NCBI GenBank assembly: GCA_023213395.1
Contig: CM041465.1
Span: forward strand, 213,907,741-213,971,740
DNA length: 64,000 nt
Direction: 5' to 3'
DNA from: Cycas panzhihuaensis
Taxonomy: Eukaryota; Plantae; Cycadophyta
The stretch's first letter is position 1; each line of letters begins with the position of its first letter. Below, piece after piece: positions 38,451 to 51,284 of this stretch. The notes under the pieces were generated by a model. The model worked only from the letters and a program-made list of their open reading frames with translations. It was not told the DNA's origin and searched no databases. A program made the translations under genes and the position numbers.

Positions 38451-40809
38451 ATAAGTTAAAGAAATTTATAGTGAAAGTGTATAGATGTAAGGTATACCAA
38501 ACTTTATTATGACTATATTAATTACACATGATATAGTTGTTTAAAGAGAATGCAAATGGGCTAACATCTTTCACATATTTTTTTCATGACAAGTAAAATC
38601 TTTCTAAAGTAGAGTTAAAATTTTAGCACAAGATGCCATGGGAAAGAGGAGTCTAATCTACCGAAATTGCCTAAGAATCATAATTGGCCTCACCTACTTT
38701 AAAGAATGCTATAATAATTAGCTCTAAATATCCTAAAAAATTTTAAGGCCAATAAATAATTATATAAAGACTTCAAGCCTATCCACAACTAATCTTGTAA
38801 TAACCAAACACATTTAAACCCTAAAAATCACAAGCACTAGGGCTTAATACATCTAAGTCCTCATGATGGGTCCCAAAGCCATCATTTTCTAAACACATCT
38901 CTACATAAATACCCACTAAAGATAAAACCATCCCCACATCATGACCACCATATACATCACCATACCAATTAAATAACATTAAGGCTATAATATCAACACC
39001 ACTAAACTAGCCTCAAGCACAACAACCAACTACATTGATACCACTCTATGTATATGTAATGTCAATGTATATTAATGCCATTCTAATTCCAAGATAGTAA
39101 TGCATATTTACTCCAAATCCACTAAAAAATTTAGAGAAGATTTTAAGACCTATATGAGCTAGTGGGATCACTAACTTATATAATTACTATCACCAAGGCT
39201 ACCAAACCCACAAAGTTAATGTGCTGTATGTTTCCTACAACTAATAACAAATTGGCATCAATCAAGCCCTTTTAATGTAATGCTAATATTATTGTCAGTC
39301 TCTTACACATTGTTTCTATACACCTTTCACATCTTATTTTCAATTCGCCTATTATAATTTTCAAAGATAATAATCATTGTCCTATTAATAATTCAAAGTT
39401 GTAATATTAGTAGTTCATTGATAAATGAAATAAAGTTTAATGGATCATATATAAAAATAAAGATTTGAAGCATCTAATTTTTAAGTTGAAGCATATTTGA
39501 TATTATATCTAAATAATAAAAATACATGCTAAAAATTTTCTCCAAATTATCTCATATCCTATTTAGTTAAGTATTTCCTTATTATATTTAATGTTTAAGA
39601 GTGTATAGTAATTAAAAGCTCCTTTAACAATGACATTTTTTTTTAGAACATGCATCTTTTATATAATACTAATTACATTTAGTTACCATAAACACATAAA
39701 TATCTTTATATAAATGATTTATACATGTAATGCTATAATTAATGGTAGGCATACTTATTTTTATATAATCATATATGTTTAAATTTATGGTACCATAGTT
39801 TATATTAGTGGTATTCTCTTCTATAACGGTACAAAAAATGATAAGTTTACATATTTATAGATGAACATAAATGTTCAAGTTTATTATACATAGCCTATAT
39901 GTTGATTGGGTTTACAAATGTCCATATGTTCTCATGTTTATTACACATAGTCCTTATACCAAAGGGATTTACATAGTGATTATGTTGGGCATGTAAGAAA
40001 TATGTATTATTATTTTTATGAATGGTTTGATTTGTATTATTAAAAGTATATACTATGTATATATGAACATCAACTAATAGTTTCTTTTGTAATTCAAACT
40101 AAATTACTATGCATTTAACATGAAGCCTAGATGTATGTTTTGTTGAAAATAAATTTTCATAGGAGTTGATATTTATGACCTCATTACCTAATGAAAACAT
40201 ATTAAATGGACATGGATAAACATATATTTTAGACTTGTCTTAAGTATAAAGCCATTCTAAAACTTATGATGTAATATTCAAATTAATTAGTGCCATTTTG
40301 ATTTAAAATGACTTAATACTACATAAACCATAAGAATTATATGAAACATGTATATAATCACTAAGTCATAAGGTCTATGTGTGTGACCTTCTTATATCAC
40401 TCGAATAAAGTAAATTTTATTTTATAGGTTAAAAATGATTTATCAAAAAACTTCATGAGTATATTCTATTTATAAAATCAAAGTTTAAAAATAATATTAA
40501 GGGGATAAGACCCATAATTTTTTCATGTCCCATCCTTTACAAAACCTCTTTAAGGTGTAGATTTTCATAATCGATGGCAATAATCTAAGGTTCCCCTTTC
40601 ATAGAACAAGACATCCTTCCAAATATATGCTTAGTATGTTTTTAAATTTTCTTTTTAATGAAATCAAAATTATATTATAGAATGTATTCCAATACAAGGG
40701 TTTTATATAAATCTATAAAATTTTTTGATGTATTTGTTATCTAGAAAGTATTTTTTAGAGTTACAAATAAATAAATAAATAGGAAGTAGAATTAAACATT
40801 ATGAACTAA

Positions 40810-42794
40810 ATAAAAATAAATAAATGAAAAAAAGAATTTGCCTATTATCTACTCATATAGGTGTTTATTTAAGAATGGGGTATTATTATTTTAATTTAAG
40901 GAAATAGTTAGAGTTCAGATAGACCCTAGAATAAAATGATAAAACTTACTTTTACAAGAAACAACATCACTATGAGTGATAAAAAACTATTTTTATATAT
41001 GTATAATTGCAAACTAGATTAGAATATAATAAGGTCAGAGTATTTCTAGAGAGCAATAAAGTATTTTTCATGAGGGTCTCTGAGCTCTTTTACTACCTTA
41101 ATACATAATAAATTAGTATGTTCATCATTATTATTTTTTTTGTTAAATTAATCAAATAAAAGATGAAAAATGAATCAAACAAGGCATAAAAAGTCACTCA
41201 CTTAGTTTCTTACTTGGGAAGCATCTTCATTTGATGACAAACAAGTGTTTGAGTGCATTTCTTCCTTCTCCAATCTTATTCTTCCTACAAAGTAATGTTA
41301 AGAGAATGCTACTAGGTAATTATGGAAAACTAATTAAAGCGTATATAGGCCTTTCCTTAAGATCAAGATAAGGATATATGAATGCACTTTACAGTTACCT
41401 CACAACAATATACAAGGAATATAAATAAGATAAGTAAGAGGAATAAGTAATGATGAGATTAAAGAAATACAAACTTAACAATAAAAAATAACAAACAAAA
41501 ATATGAAATTAAATTATTATGAGAGAAAATACAATAAAATAATTTGATTAAAGTGTACCATAGAAATGGGTGATTCCATAATAGAACAATATAAGAGTCA
41601 TGGTAGTATCATGGATAAACCAAAGATAAATGTAATATAGAAAAGAGATATCATAGAAGAGTAATAGTATACCTACAATGATATTGCAAATGTTATAAAG
41701 AGACATGTGATACCTAGAGATAAGTGTTTTGATACTACATACACTAAAAAAGAGATGTAGTATGAGAATGATTGATGTCATAAAAACTATAAAGAGGAGA
41801 TGTAGTATAGTTGTAGGAAAAAGATAAAAAATAACAAAATTGTGAGCCAATTTTTAAAAGTGAAATCAAAATGAATGGATCATGAATTAATTCCTAATCT
41901 AATAACAAAATAAATCAAATAAGAGCATGCCTTGTTTGAGCGTAATCAAATAAGAATAAAGGTTACTTCAAGGTTTTAGATCTAAAAACCTCTGAGGATA
42001 CTTCAGACAAATTAAATCTTAGAGAAAGGTATTTATAGTAAGTAAATTTAGAGAGTAAACCTCTAAATTCATATAAAAGTTAGTTTTTAAGAGAAATAAG
42101 TTGTCTTTTAGGGCTTAATTGTGAAGTTAGGCTTGAAAATTATAAAACTTAACTAATGGAAGAAGATACAAATGTGAAAATGGCATAACTTCCTTATATG
42201 ATATTTATTTTTAACCCACATCCACTTGATTCACATTTACTTGAGAAGATTTGTATAATGAATAATGTGAAAAAAGTAATCGTAATTAAAAATAAAGGCA
42301 AAGATATAAGAGAAGCTAAATGTATATTGAAAATAATAAAAAATATTTATGTTAACTAAAATGAATCAATTAATGGGGTACAAACTCATGTTTAACTCAT
42401 AAGCTAATTAATTTAGAGGGGAACGTAACCTCTATTTAGCCCATATAAGATGACTTATAGAAAACAAAAGAGAGAGTGAAATAATAAAGAGAAATTAATG
42501 ACTATCATGTGACTTAACCTATAAAGTAGTACCTTCATAACATAGGGGATTACAAAGAACCATATCTATTTTCCAAGTAATCAAATACAATGTTAGAAAA
42601 ATAATAGTCAAATATAGGCAATCAAATATAATGCAAAGTAAATAATAAATAATAAGTATATTTCTATTGCATGAGTAATATATTTATAGCTAATAATCTT
42701 AGGTTTTAGGAAGGTGGCCCAAAATTTAGAAAGTAGTTTTTCACCTTAGAAATAGAGCTCAATGGAACTTAAGGAATAAAGAGGGAACATTACC
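40810..42794 (-). repeat. ~2 kb LTR-like dispersed repeat, copy 1 (solo or truncated LTR)
   Basis: Colinear with 58920-60958 (e.g. AATCTTATTCTTCCTA.AAA.TAATG.TAAGAGAATGCT; CAAACTCATGTTTAACTCATAAG). Minus-strand CTATAAATAC TATA-like box near 42030-42040; terminus resembles TGTAATGTCCC. Confidence 0.7.
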
Positions 42795-43900
42795 AATATT
42801 ATATCTTACATATGTATATCTAATATTATCAATATTCTATACTAAAGATATATTTGTAAGTGTGATATACTTGGGATTAAATATAGGATGTTATTTTATA
42901 ATTTTATTAGTATAGTAAAGGTGAACAATCATATACTGAACATACTACTATAAATATGATCTTAAGTAATCTAAGCAAGTATGGAAGAACTAAGATTTTC
43001 TTAATTTTCTCCTATAATTATGAATAAATAATACCATAATAAATGGAAATAGTAATATAAAACTTATGTTAAAAAGAACAATTTAATGGATATGAGAGAG
43101 TGTAAGGATTAGTTCATAAGGAGAATAATATGTTAATGTAAAATCTGTATGTTCTTATAAGAGTTAACCTAAGGCATGGCATCCAAGAATAATAATTTTA
43201 GTATCTCACTCCATCTAGTTATAACATCTCTTTTTTATATATCAATCAAGCTACTCTTTAACAAATGATAATATAAATCTAATAAACCAACCACCATGAA
43301 ATCCATTGGTCAAGATTATATAGATATAAGATCATATAGGTCTATAGTTTAATGAATGACATTGTGAAACTTATAAGAACACATCACCATTGAACCTATA
43401 GGTACATCAATGAATGTGTGAGGTTAAATAGAGGTTGATAGTTTAATAAACGATAAAGTGAGACTCATAAGACCTCACCATTAAACTTCTTAATATGTTG
43501 ACAAATGTGTGTGGGAGCTCTTTTCTTATTTTTTTCTTTTTCTCCCTCCATTTTTTAATTCTCTTTCATATTTATAGTAAATATTATAATCTTCTTTATT
43601 ATATTATATAGATCTATAATTTAGTGAATAACTATGTAAAACTTAAAAGAACTAAATGGCTATTAAACCCATAGATAGGATAATAATCTTATCTTGGCTA
43701 ATGTAAAGGGACTTAGGATATAAGAGTTACCTTTAAGTAAAATGGAGGGGAAATCAATTATTTTAAGGATGTCTATCTAGTTGCATATACATTTCATATA
43801 ACATAAATCCCAACATAACTAAAGTATTAAATTATTACAACAAATCATGAGACAATTATAAGTATGCTAATTAGATATAAATTTCTAATTTTAGTTAAGG

Positions 43901-43903
43901 GTG

Positions 43904-43944
<41 letters not shown>

Positions 43945-43945
43945 A
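43901..43945. repeat. (TA)n(TG)n microsatellite flanking element G
   Basis: Directly visible; similar simple repeat resumes at 51111-51170. Confidence 0.95.
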
Positions 43946-46900
43946 TGAAAAGGGTTAATGTCACAAGGTTATTACATTAATTGATTATTTGTAAAAATGG
44001 TCTTAAGCGAACTTTAAATTAAATCACTTAAGTGAAATTCATTTTTATGTGCATTATGTGTAATTTCATTTCACCTAACTCTAATGCTCCCTCTCTTAAT
44101 ATAAAAGTAAAAGCTCAATGGAGGAGGCTCATTCTTACCTCCCCATTTTGTGAGAGCTACTTTCTTTCTCTTAAGTCTCTCTTGCTCCCATACTTCCCTT
44201 TGTGTTTAGTTCATGGAGATAAATGATAGATCTGCTCTTTTCATATGGTATCAGAACTTGCTTCCTTTATATTCCTCACTTACACTTGCAATGGAGCCAT
44301 CACTTCCTTCTCCCCCACAATCCATGTGGTGAAGGAGATTATGAAAGTAGATTTAGAAATATTTTCAAGTTATTACGATAGTATATTTTATATCGTTTGC
44401 TTTCCCTTTCTTTTTTGTAGGTTTGGAAGCACAATACAAGGAGTTATAAGGCCCAAGGATTCTAATCCTTTGGTGGCCATTCATACTATCTCATTCTTAT
44501 TTTTCTTTCCCCTCTTTTTGTCCATTTAACAAGGGGAAATGCTGCTGAAAATTTTCCAACATTTAGAAGAATGATTGTAAGGGGAGGTTTTACCCATTTT
44601 TTTTATAAAGAATTTCAAGACATTTAAAATATCCATCATTATATTCTCTCACCTTGCCTATATTGGGATCCTGGTGATAAAAAAATAATGAAATTTTTAT
44701 ATGATATCATGTATTAATAAGATATTAGCAAGCTAAAATTTTTGTAGAAATAAAATTTACTTGTTGAACTTCACAAGTCTACAAAATCTTCTACATAGCT
44801 CCAATTAACATAATTCTGATTGTCAAAGATGAGGCTCTTAGTCTACTCACTAGCACAAAAATTGGCACCTAATTTTGATATCGTATGAGGAAGCTATTGC
44901 TATTTTAGTGAATAGTAGTTATTTTTAGTAAGAATTCTAGAAAAATAATTCTCCTAAATTTGCGGCGCTACCAAAAACTTTCTAGAACTCATTTGGACTT
45001 GATTTCACTTCCTAAAGATGAAGCTCTAAGTCTGTCTTGTAGCACAAAAATTAGCATTCTATTTTTTCATTATGAGAGAAAGTTATTGCTAATTTAGTGA
45101 AGACTACTTTCTTTTGTATTAACAAAAAAAAAAAAGTAAAGAAAATTTCTTCCCTCTTTTTATAAGGTTTAAAAGCCTATTGTAAAAGTGAGAAAAAAAC
45201 ACTTGGATCAAGAAATATCTGGTGCCCTCACTCACTTATTAGCATTGTATTTTAACACTCTAAAATCACTCAAAGCAAGCACTCTAAAGACACTTCAAGT
45301 AAGCACTCCAAAAGCACTCCAAGCAAGCATTCTATTTTCAGTTAAATGTACGTTTGATGCAATTCGATAATCTTTTCATTATTCCTAAAAGGAATGCATC
45401 ACGTACACTATTTTCCACCATCTTGTGCCTATTCACACTCTTGCCAAGGTTCAGATACCTTGGTTGGCAGAATGTCATGCCATAAAGGAGGTGTAGGTTT
45501 CAAGTTGGGACTAGACTAAACTGGAATATTGGTGAGGTTTAGTTAGTCATACCATCATGCCTCAATTAGGGATCATCTTGATAACCAACTAGAAAAATTA
45601 AAACTTTAATACAAGATTAAAATATACCCAATCCAATATCTATCATAGCCATGGGTATGCACGTGCTACTCTTTAGAGGAGGTATATAACTATTCATTGG
45701 TGAATTGGGTGAGGATTGAGAGTACTTGGGCTCTGTTATGACTTAGATTTTATCACAAAGCACAATTGCATGTATCACAGGTGAAGGCCAACTTAATTCT
45801 ACTAGAAGCCTAGGCGTCTCTTCAATAACCTTAACTATATATTGGACATAAGTTAGAGGTTATTAGGTTGACTACATATCCTACATTTGAGTTTCAAGTT
45901 GTGTAGACCCAATGATGTTAGCTTCTACATTAGCCTATATCTTACATATTGATCACTTACTTATTTGTAAAAAGTGATCCATAGTGTAATCATAATCATA
46001 GTGCTTCTTATATTCCTATTGTGTCAGGTTAATATTTGCCACAAGTGTTAGTAGCTAATTTTCATCATAGTACTTCTCATATTCCTGTTACATCAGGTTA
46101 ATATTTGTCACAAGTGTTGGTGATTTTTCTCTAAGTTACTCCCTTCATCTTTGAGCAACCATTCTCACTTATTCTTACTTTTTCTACACTACTTCATTAC
46201 ATCTCCTATTTATAAATAGTGATTGGTCATTTATTTCCATCACTTTTATAGTCCCTTATTCATTTCTTCCCTTCTCAAAAGATAACATGTCTTTACAATT
46301 CAAGTAAAATGTGAGATGCATTCTAAAAGGGAAAGAAAATTAGGACATGTGGTTCACTAGTATTAAAAATATTACAAAGTATGAAGGTCTGTGGAGAGAT
46401 CACTTGCAACCTACACCATCTATTGTAGCTATAACTACCTCAACTACTTCTGGAGGAGGTGCTCCAACTGCTCCCACTGAAGTTGCAGCTAAATGCCAAT
46501 GGGAACTTGATGATGATAAAATCTGTCCAGGGATACTACTTGTTACTGATTATTCCCTACATAATCTCATTGATGAAGACGTACATGATATAACATGGAA
46601 AGTTCTTGAAATTCTTAAGAAGAACTTTGACACTAAATAAAACTTAGAATTTGTTCACTTAGTACTGAAGATGAACAAATTAAAAATACAGAAAGGATAC
46701 ACAAGTGAGACAATCAATCTCCTTCATCCAATCAAGCAAGCCATTGATAAAGATTTTAAAACTTAATATATTACATGGGCTTTCTTGATTTAGTCATGTC
46801 TCCATATCCTAGATTACAAAAATATATTAGGAAGTCTTCAATATAGTGACATTTTAAAGACCTTAAACTTTGAGGCTCTTGTTGATAAGTTCATTGAATT

Positions 46901-49900
46901 TGATAAGACCTTTGATACCAACTTTGCTATATATCAAATCTAGTTGATGCTAACTTTAAAGTAGAAGATGATCTTTGTTATACTAAAAATCAAGGTCAAT
47001 GCTCTCGTAGAGGTGGCAATTACTGTGGAAGAGGAAGAGGTAAACAATAAGGATAACGCTTTCTTCATCAACAGGCTCCTCAACTCCAACAAAAATAGTC
47101 TCAAGGCCAAGGCCAAAATAATCAACCTGGACCTAGATCCAGTAATTATAGATAATCCAATTAGCCTAATACTTCTTATGGGACTGGAAATCAAACAATT
47201 ATGTGCCAAAGATTTAATAGAAAAGGACATTATACCAAACATTATAGAACTACCACCAATAAACTACTAAGTTATCAACAACACTATGGTACATATAATG
47301 TTGATAATACTTCTTTTGAAGATATTTTTGGTGGAATGCAATTTGCTCATGCACACCTTCAAAGAATTAGGACCACTTCATCAAATGCTATTGATAGATC
47401 CACCAAGTATATTGACATTTATTGTGGCTATGCTTATTCACTTTTGCCTTCACCACTTGGAGTTACAAATAGTGCCACCTTAAATACTTCATTATAGATC
47501 ATGGATACTGGAGCAACATAATACATGACTTGTCATTGCCAGTTCTTTCAGTATTTTAACTTTGATGTTTATGGTGTTGTACACATGGCTGATAAATCAT
47601 CTTAGCCAGTCGAAAGACTTAGAACTTTTTGCCTGAAACTCTCAGGCCTTTTAGATTTTACACTTGTTAATGTTTTATATATTCCTATTCTGAAGCAGAA
47701 TCTTTTCTCCCTATCCACCCTTGTCTCTCATGGACTTGATTTGAGTGTAACTGTAAACAATCAAACTCTCTATGTCATTCATCCTCCTTCAAATGCTGTG
47801 GTTATGACTAGAATTCCTGATGGTAAATATTTTTACCTAACTAGCTCACCATCCTCTTAAGCTGACTATGTTGATGATGACTCTACTTTTACCATAACCC
47901 TAACTCCTCAAAGGTTTTCCCAAGTGGCTCTATGGCATGCTCGTATAGGCCATATCAAAATTGATCATTTAAGGGAACTACAAGCCACTCTTCTTAGTTT
48001 ACCTAGGCTATCCTCTAAGCCCTTTGAATACAAAGCATGTATTATTGCTAAATCTTAAAGAAAACCCTTTCCTCATAGTTAGTGGAAATCTAGCCAACCT
48101 TTACAGCTTGTACACTTAGATATATGTAGTCCTATGCCCATCCCTTCTCTCAAATAGAAGTGGTACTATATTACTTTTATTGATGATTTTACCAAGAAAG
48201 TATGGGTTTCTTTTCTTGCAAAAAAAGATAAAGCTTTTTCTATGTTTCAAGCTTTCAAGACACGTGTGAAAAATGAATTTGGATTCAAGATCAAAATACT
48301 CAAGATTGATAATGGTGGCGAGTACACATCCAATGAGTTTGAATTGTACCTACATCAACATGGAATCAAATATTAGACTACTGTTGTAGATACACCCTAG
48401 TAAAATAGAGTTATCGAGTGTATGAATAAGACCATCATGAACATGGATTGTGCTATGCTGGTATATAAGAACATCCTTGTCTATCTTTGGGCTAAGGCTA
48501 TCTAGACTATTGTGTATTGCATTAACACTGTTAGTCCCTCCAAGCTCGGCTCCTCTCCACATGAAATAAGCTCTAAGATAGAGCCATCAAAGACATCTTT
48601 GTTAGATACCCTATGGACAAAAAGGGGTACAAGGTTTTCATACCTTCACAATGCAAAATCATCATCACTAGAGATGTTATCTTTACAGAGACTAAAGTTC
48701 AATTACTCAAACTTGATTCTAAGATGCCTTCATACCAATTTAATGATACTACTAAATTTGATATCCAGATTCCAAAATTTAGAGGGGGAGATATTCAATA
48801 GTTGCTCAAAATCTTAGAATATGATAATAGAGCCTTAGAGGATACAAGTTATGACTCCCAGCCAATGTGTATACATGCAACACCATCATTTATGAACAAC
48901 CAAGTTAACAAAGGCAAAGCCATAGCAGAAGGATCATCTTCTCCAACATCAGTGGTTGGCCCATCTTCTCTAGCATCATCAGCTTCCTTCGTGCCAAACA
49001 TTTCACATGATCCTTTTTAGGATCAAAATGAAGACCAAGAGGCTATGAAAATAAAAACCTCATTCCTAACTCAAGGTTTTCATGAAGCCTACAAGCTACA
49101 CAAGGACATGTAACCCAATGAGGTAGGTAAAACTGGCACTAAAGGTTCCCATAGAATAAGGATTAATGAATCACTTTCCATTAAGCTTGAACTAGTAGAA
49201 CTGCACCTTACTCTTAATGAAGAGCCTCTAACGTACCAAGAAATTGTAAAGCATACAACTTAGAGAAATGCCATGAATGAAGAGTACCAATCTCTTATCA
49301 AGAATGGTACATAGGAGCTTGTTGATCTACCATTTGGAAGAAAGGTAGTTCAAAATAAATGGATATTCAAAAATAAGTACATATCATATGGCACCCTAGA
49401 AAAGCACAAGGTGAGTTTGGTAGAAAAAGGATTCACATAAAGGGAAGGCATTGAATATATTGAAATATTTGCTCCTACAACCAAGTGGCCTACAATCATA
49501 ACTCTTATAGCCTTGGCTACTCAACAGGGTTGGAAAATCCACCAACTTGATGTTAAGACTACATTTCTCAATGGGGACCTTAAAGAAGAAATTTACATGG
49601 CTCAACCAGAAGGATACAAGATTGTTAGTCAGGAGTATAAGGTTTACAGTCTCAAAAAGTCCTTGTATGACCTAAAGCAAGCCCCTCATGCTTGGTTTAC
49701 TAAGTTGTTTGAAAGAATGAGGCAACTTGAATATGAGGTTTATGACTTTCAAGATATTAATGTAACATTATTTATCAAGCACCAGGATGATAAAGTCACT
49801 TATCTCTTAATCTTTGTAGATGACATGCTAATAATGGGGAATAGTGAACAGGTAATTATCCAGCTGAAGAAGAACCTTGCTAAAACTTTTGAATTGTCTG

Positions 49901-51110
49901 ACCTTGGGTTGATGAAATATTACTTGGGAATTGAAGTAACTCAAAAGAATGGTAAAATATTTCTCTCCCAAGAAAAATATATCAATGATCTTCTAACAAA
50001 GTTTCAGTTGGAAGATGCTCAACCAATGGATATACCTATGGAGCCTAATATTAAACTCTCAGCTGATGGTGATATTAGGGAGGCAGACACAACACTCTAC
50101 AGGCAACTTGTAGGTAGTCTCATCTATATTACTAACACAAGGCCAGATATTACACACTCTGTTGGTATTCTTGTAAGATTCATGATAAATCCTAAGTAGA
50201 ATCATTGGCAAGCTGCAATACGAGTGTTGAGATACCTAAATATGACCAGCAAATATGGTTTATTGTATGAAACCAATATAGGATTTAAACTTTATGCATA
50301 CATAGACTCAGACTTTGCCAGAGATAAATACATAGGAAGATCTATGTCTGGGTATGTAACATTTCTTGGAACAACACCAATATCATGGAGATCTAGATGG
50401 TAGAAGATAGTTGCAGACTCAACCACTGAAGTTAAGTATATTACTACTTCTGAGACAAGCAAGGAGGTGATATGGCTTAGAAAATTATTGAATACATTAA
50501 ATGCCACCTAAACAAGTTCTACTAGCTTACAAGTAGATAATCAATCTATAATCTAGATGGCTAAAAATCCTATATTTCATGATCATACCAAACATATAAG
50601 TGCAAAAGTCTATAAGATTAGAGAACTAGTTCATGATAGCACGATTCAACTGGAGTACTGCCCCACAATAGATCAAGTGGTTGATATCTTCACTAAACCA
50701 CTGAAGAGGGTGATGTTTGAATAGTTTTGAAAGTAACTTAGCTTTAGGGCCTCCATCTCTGACTGATTGAAGGAGATAACAATAGAACCATCATACTCTA
50801 TCTCATTCACGAAAACCCCTTGTGGGTACGAAAGGACAAGAGTAAGTCTCTACTCTATCCCATTTGTGAAAACCCCTTATGGGCGTGAAAAGGTAAGGGT
50901 TGTATCATTTTGAAAAATCAAAACCAGTGAAAACTTAAAAGGGCATGGGGGATGACTAAATGGTATATGGAGACTTAGTAGATTTCAGCTACAAAATTTA
51001 TTATACTAATTGGCTATCTGGCTTCATTTAAAGAGTCGCTTGAGCTATGTTAGTAGATTAGAAAATTTATGTTTAGTGCATGGAGATGAAGGATAGATCA
51101 ACACTTTTCA
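43946..51110 (+). mobile_element. Ty1/copia LTR retrotransposon G with long leader and largely deleted 3' LTR
   Basis: 5' LTR 43946-44243 with TGAAAAG...CTTTTCA termini, PBS TGGTATCAGAAC at 44246-44257, copia-order polyprotein. The last 45 bp of the LTR recur at 51066-51110. Confidence 0.85.
46287..50766 (+). pseudogene. Copia gag-pol of element G, decayed
   Basis: LKGKEN*DMWF (gag), CQRFNRKGHY knuckle, *IMDTGAT (protease), LWHARIGH and IDNGGEY (integrase), HQLDVKTTFLNG, LKQAPHAWF and IFVDDML (RT), VDNQSII*MAKNP (RNase H). Confidence 0.92.
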
Positions 51111-51284
51111 GTATGTATGTATGTATATGTGTGTATGTGTATAGATATATCGATAGATAGACAGATAGATACTAGGATGCAAATGGCTAGTCTAAGTAAT
51201 CCCATACTATAATGATTACAAGATATTACATTAGTATATGTAGTGAAAGTGAAGGAATATCAAACTAATGCATGAAAATATAGG

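Noticed and set aside
41548-41850. Hydrophobic 100-aa minus ORF (also 2817-3227, 59509-59706, 60192-60494) resembling membrane or env proteins
   Set aside because: A T-rich LTR composition effect; I did not see the frame preserved in the paralogous repeat copy.
50755-50900. Hammerhead ribozyme (retrozyme) in the G 3' UTR
   Set aside because: CTGATTGA does not fit the CUGANGA core and I could not build the three-helix junction.
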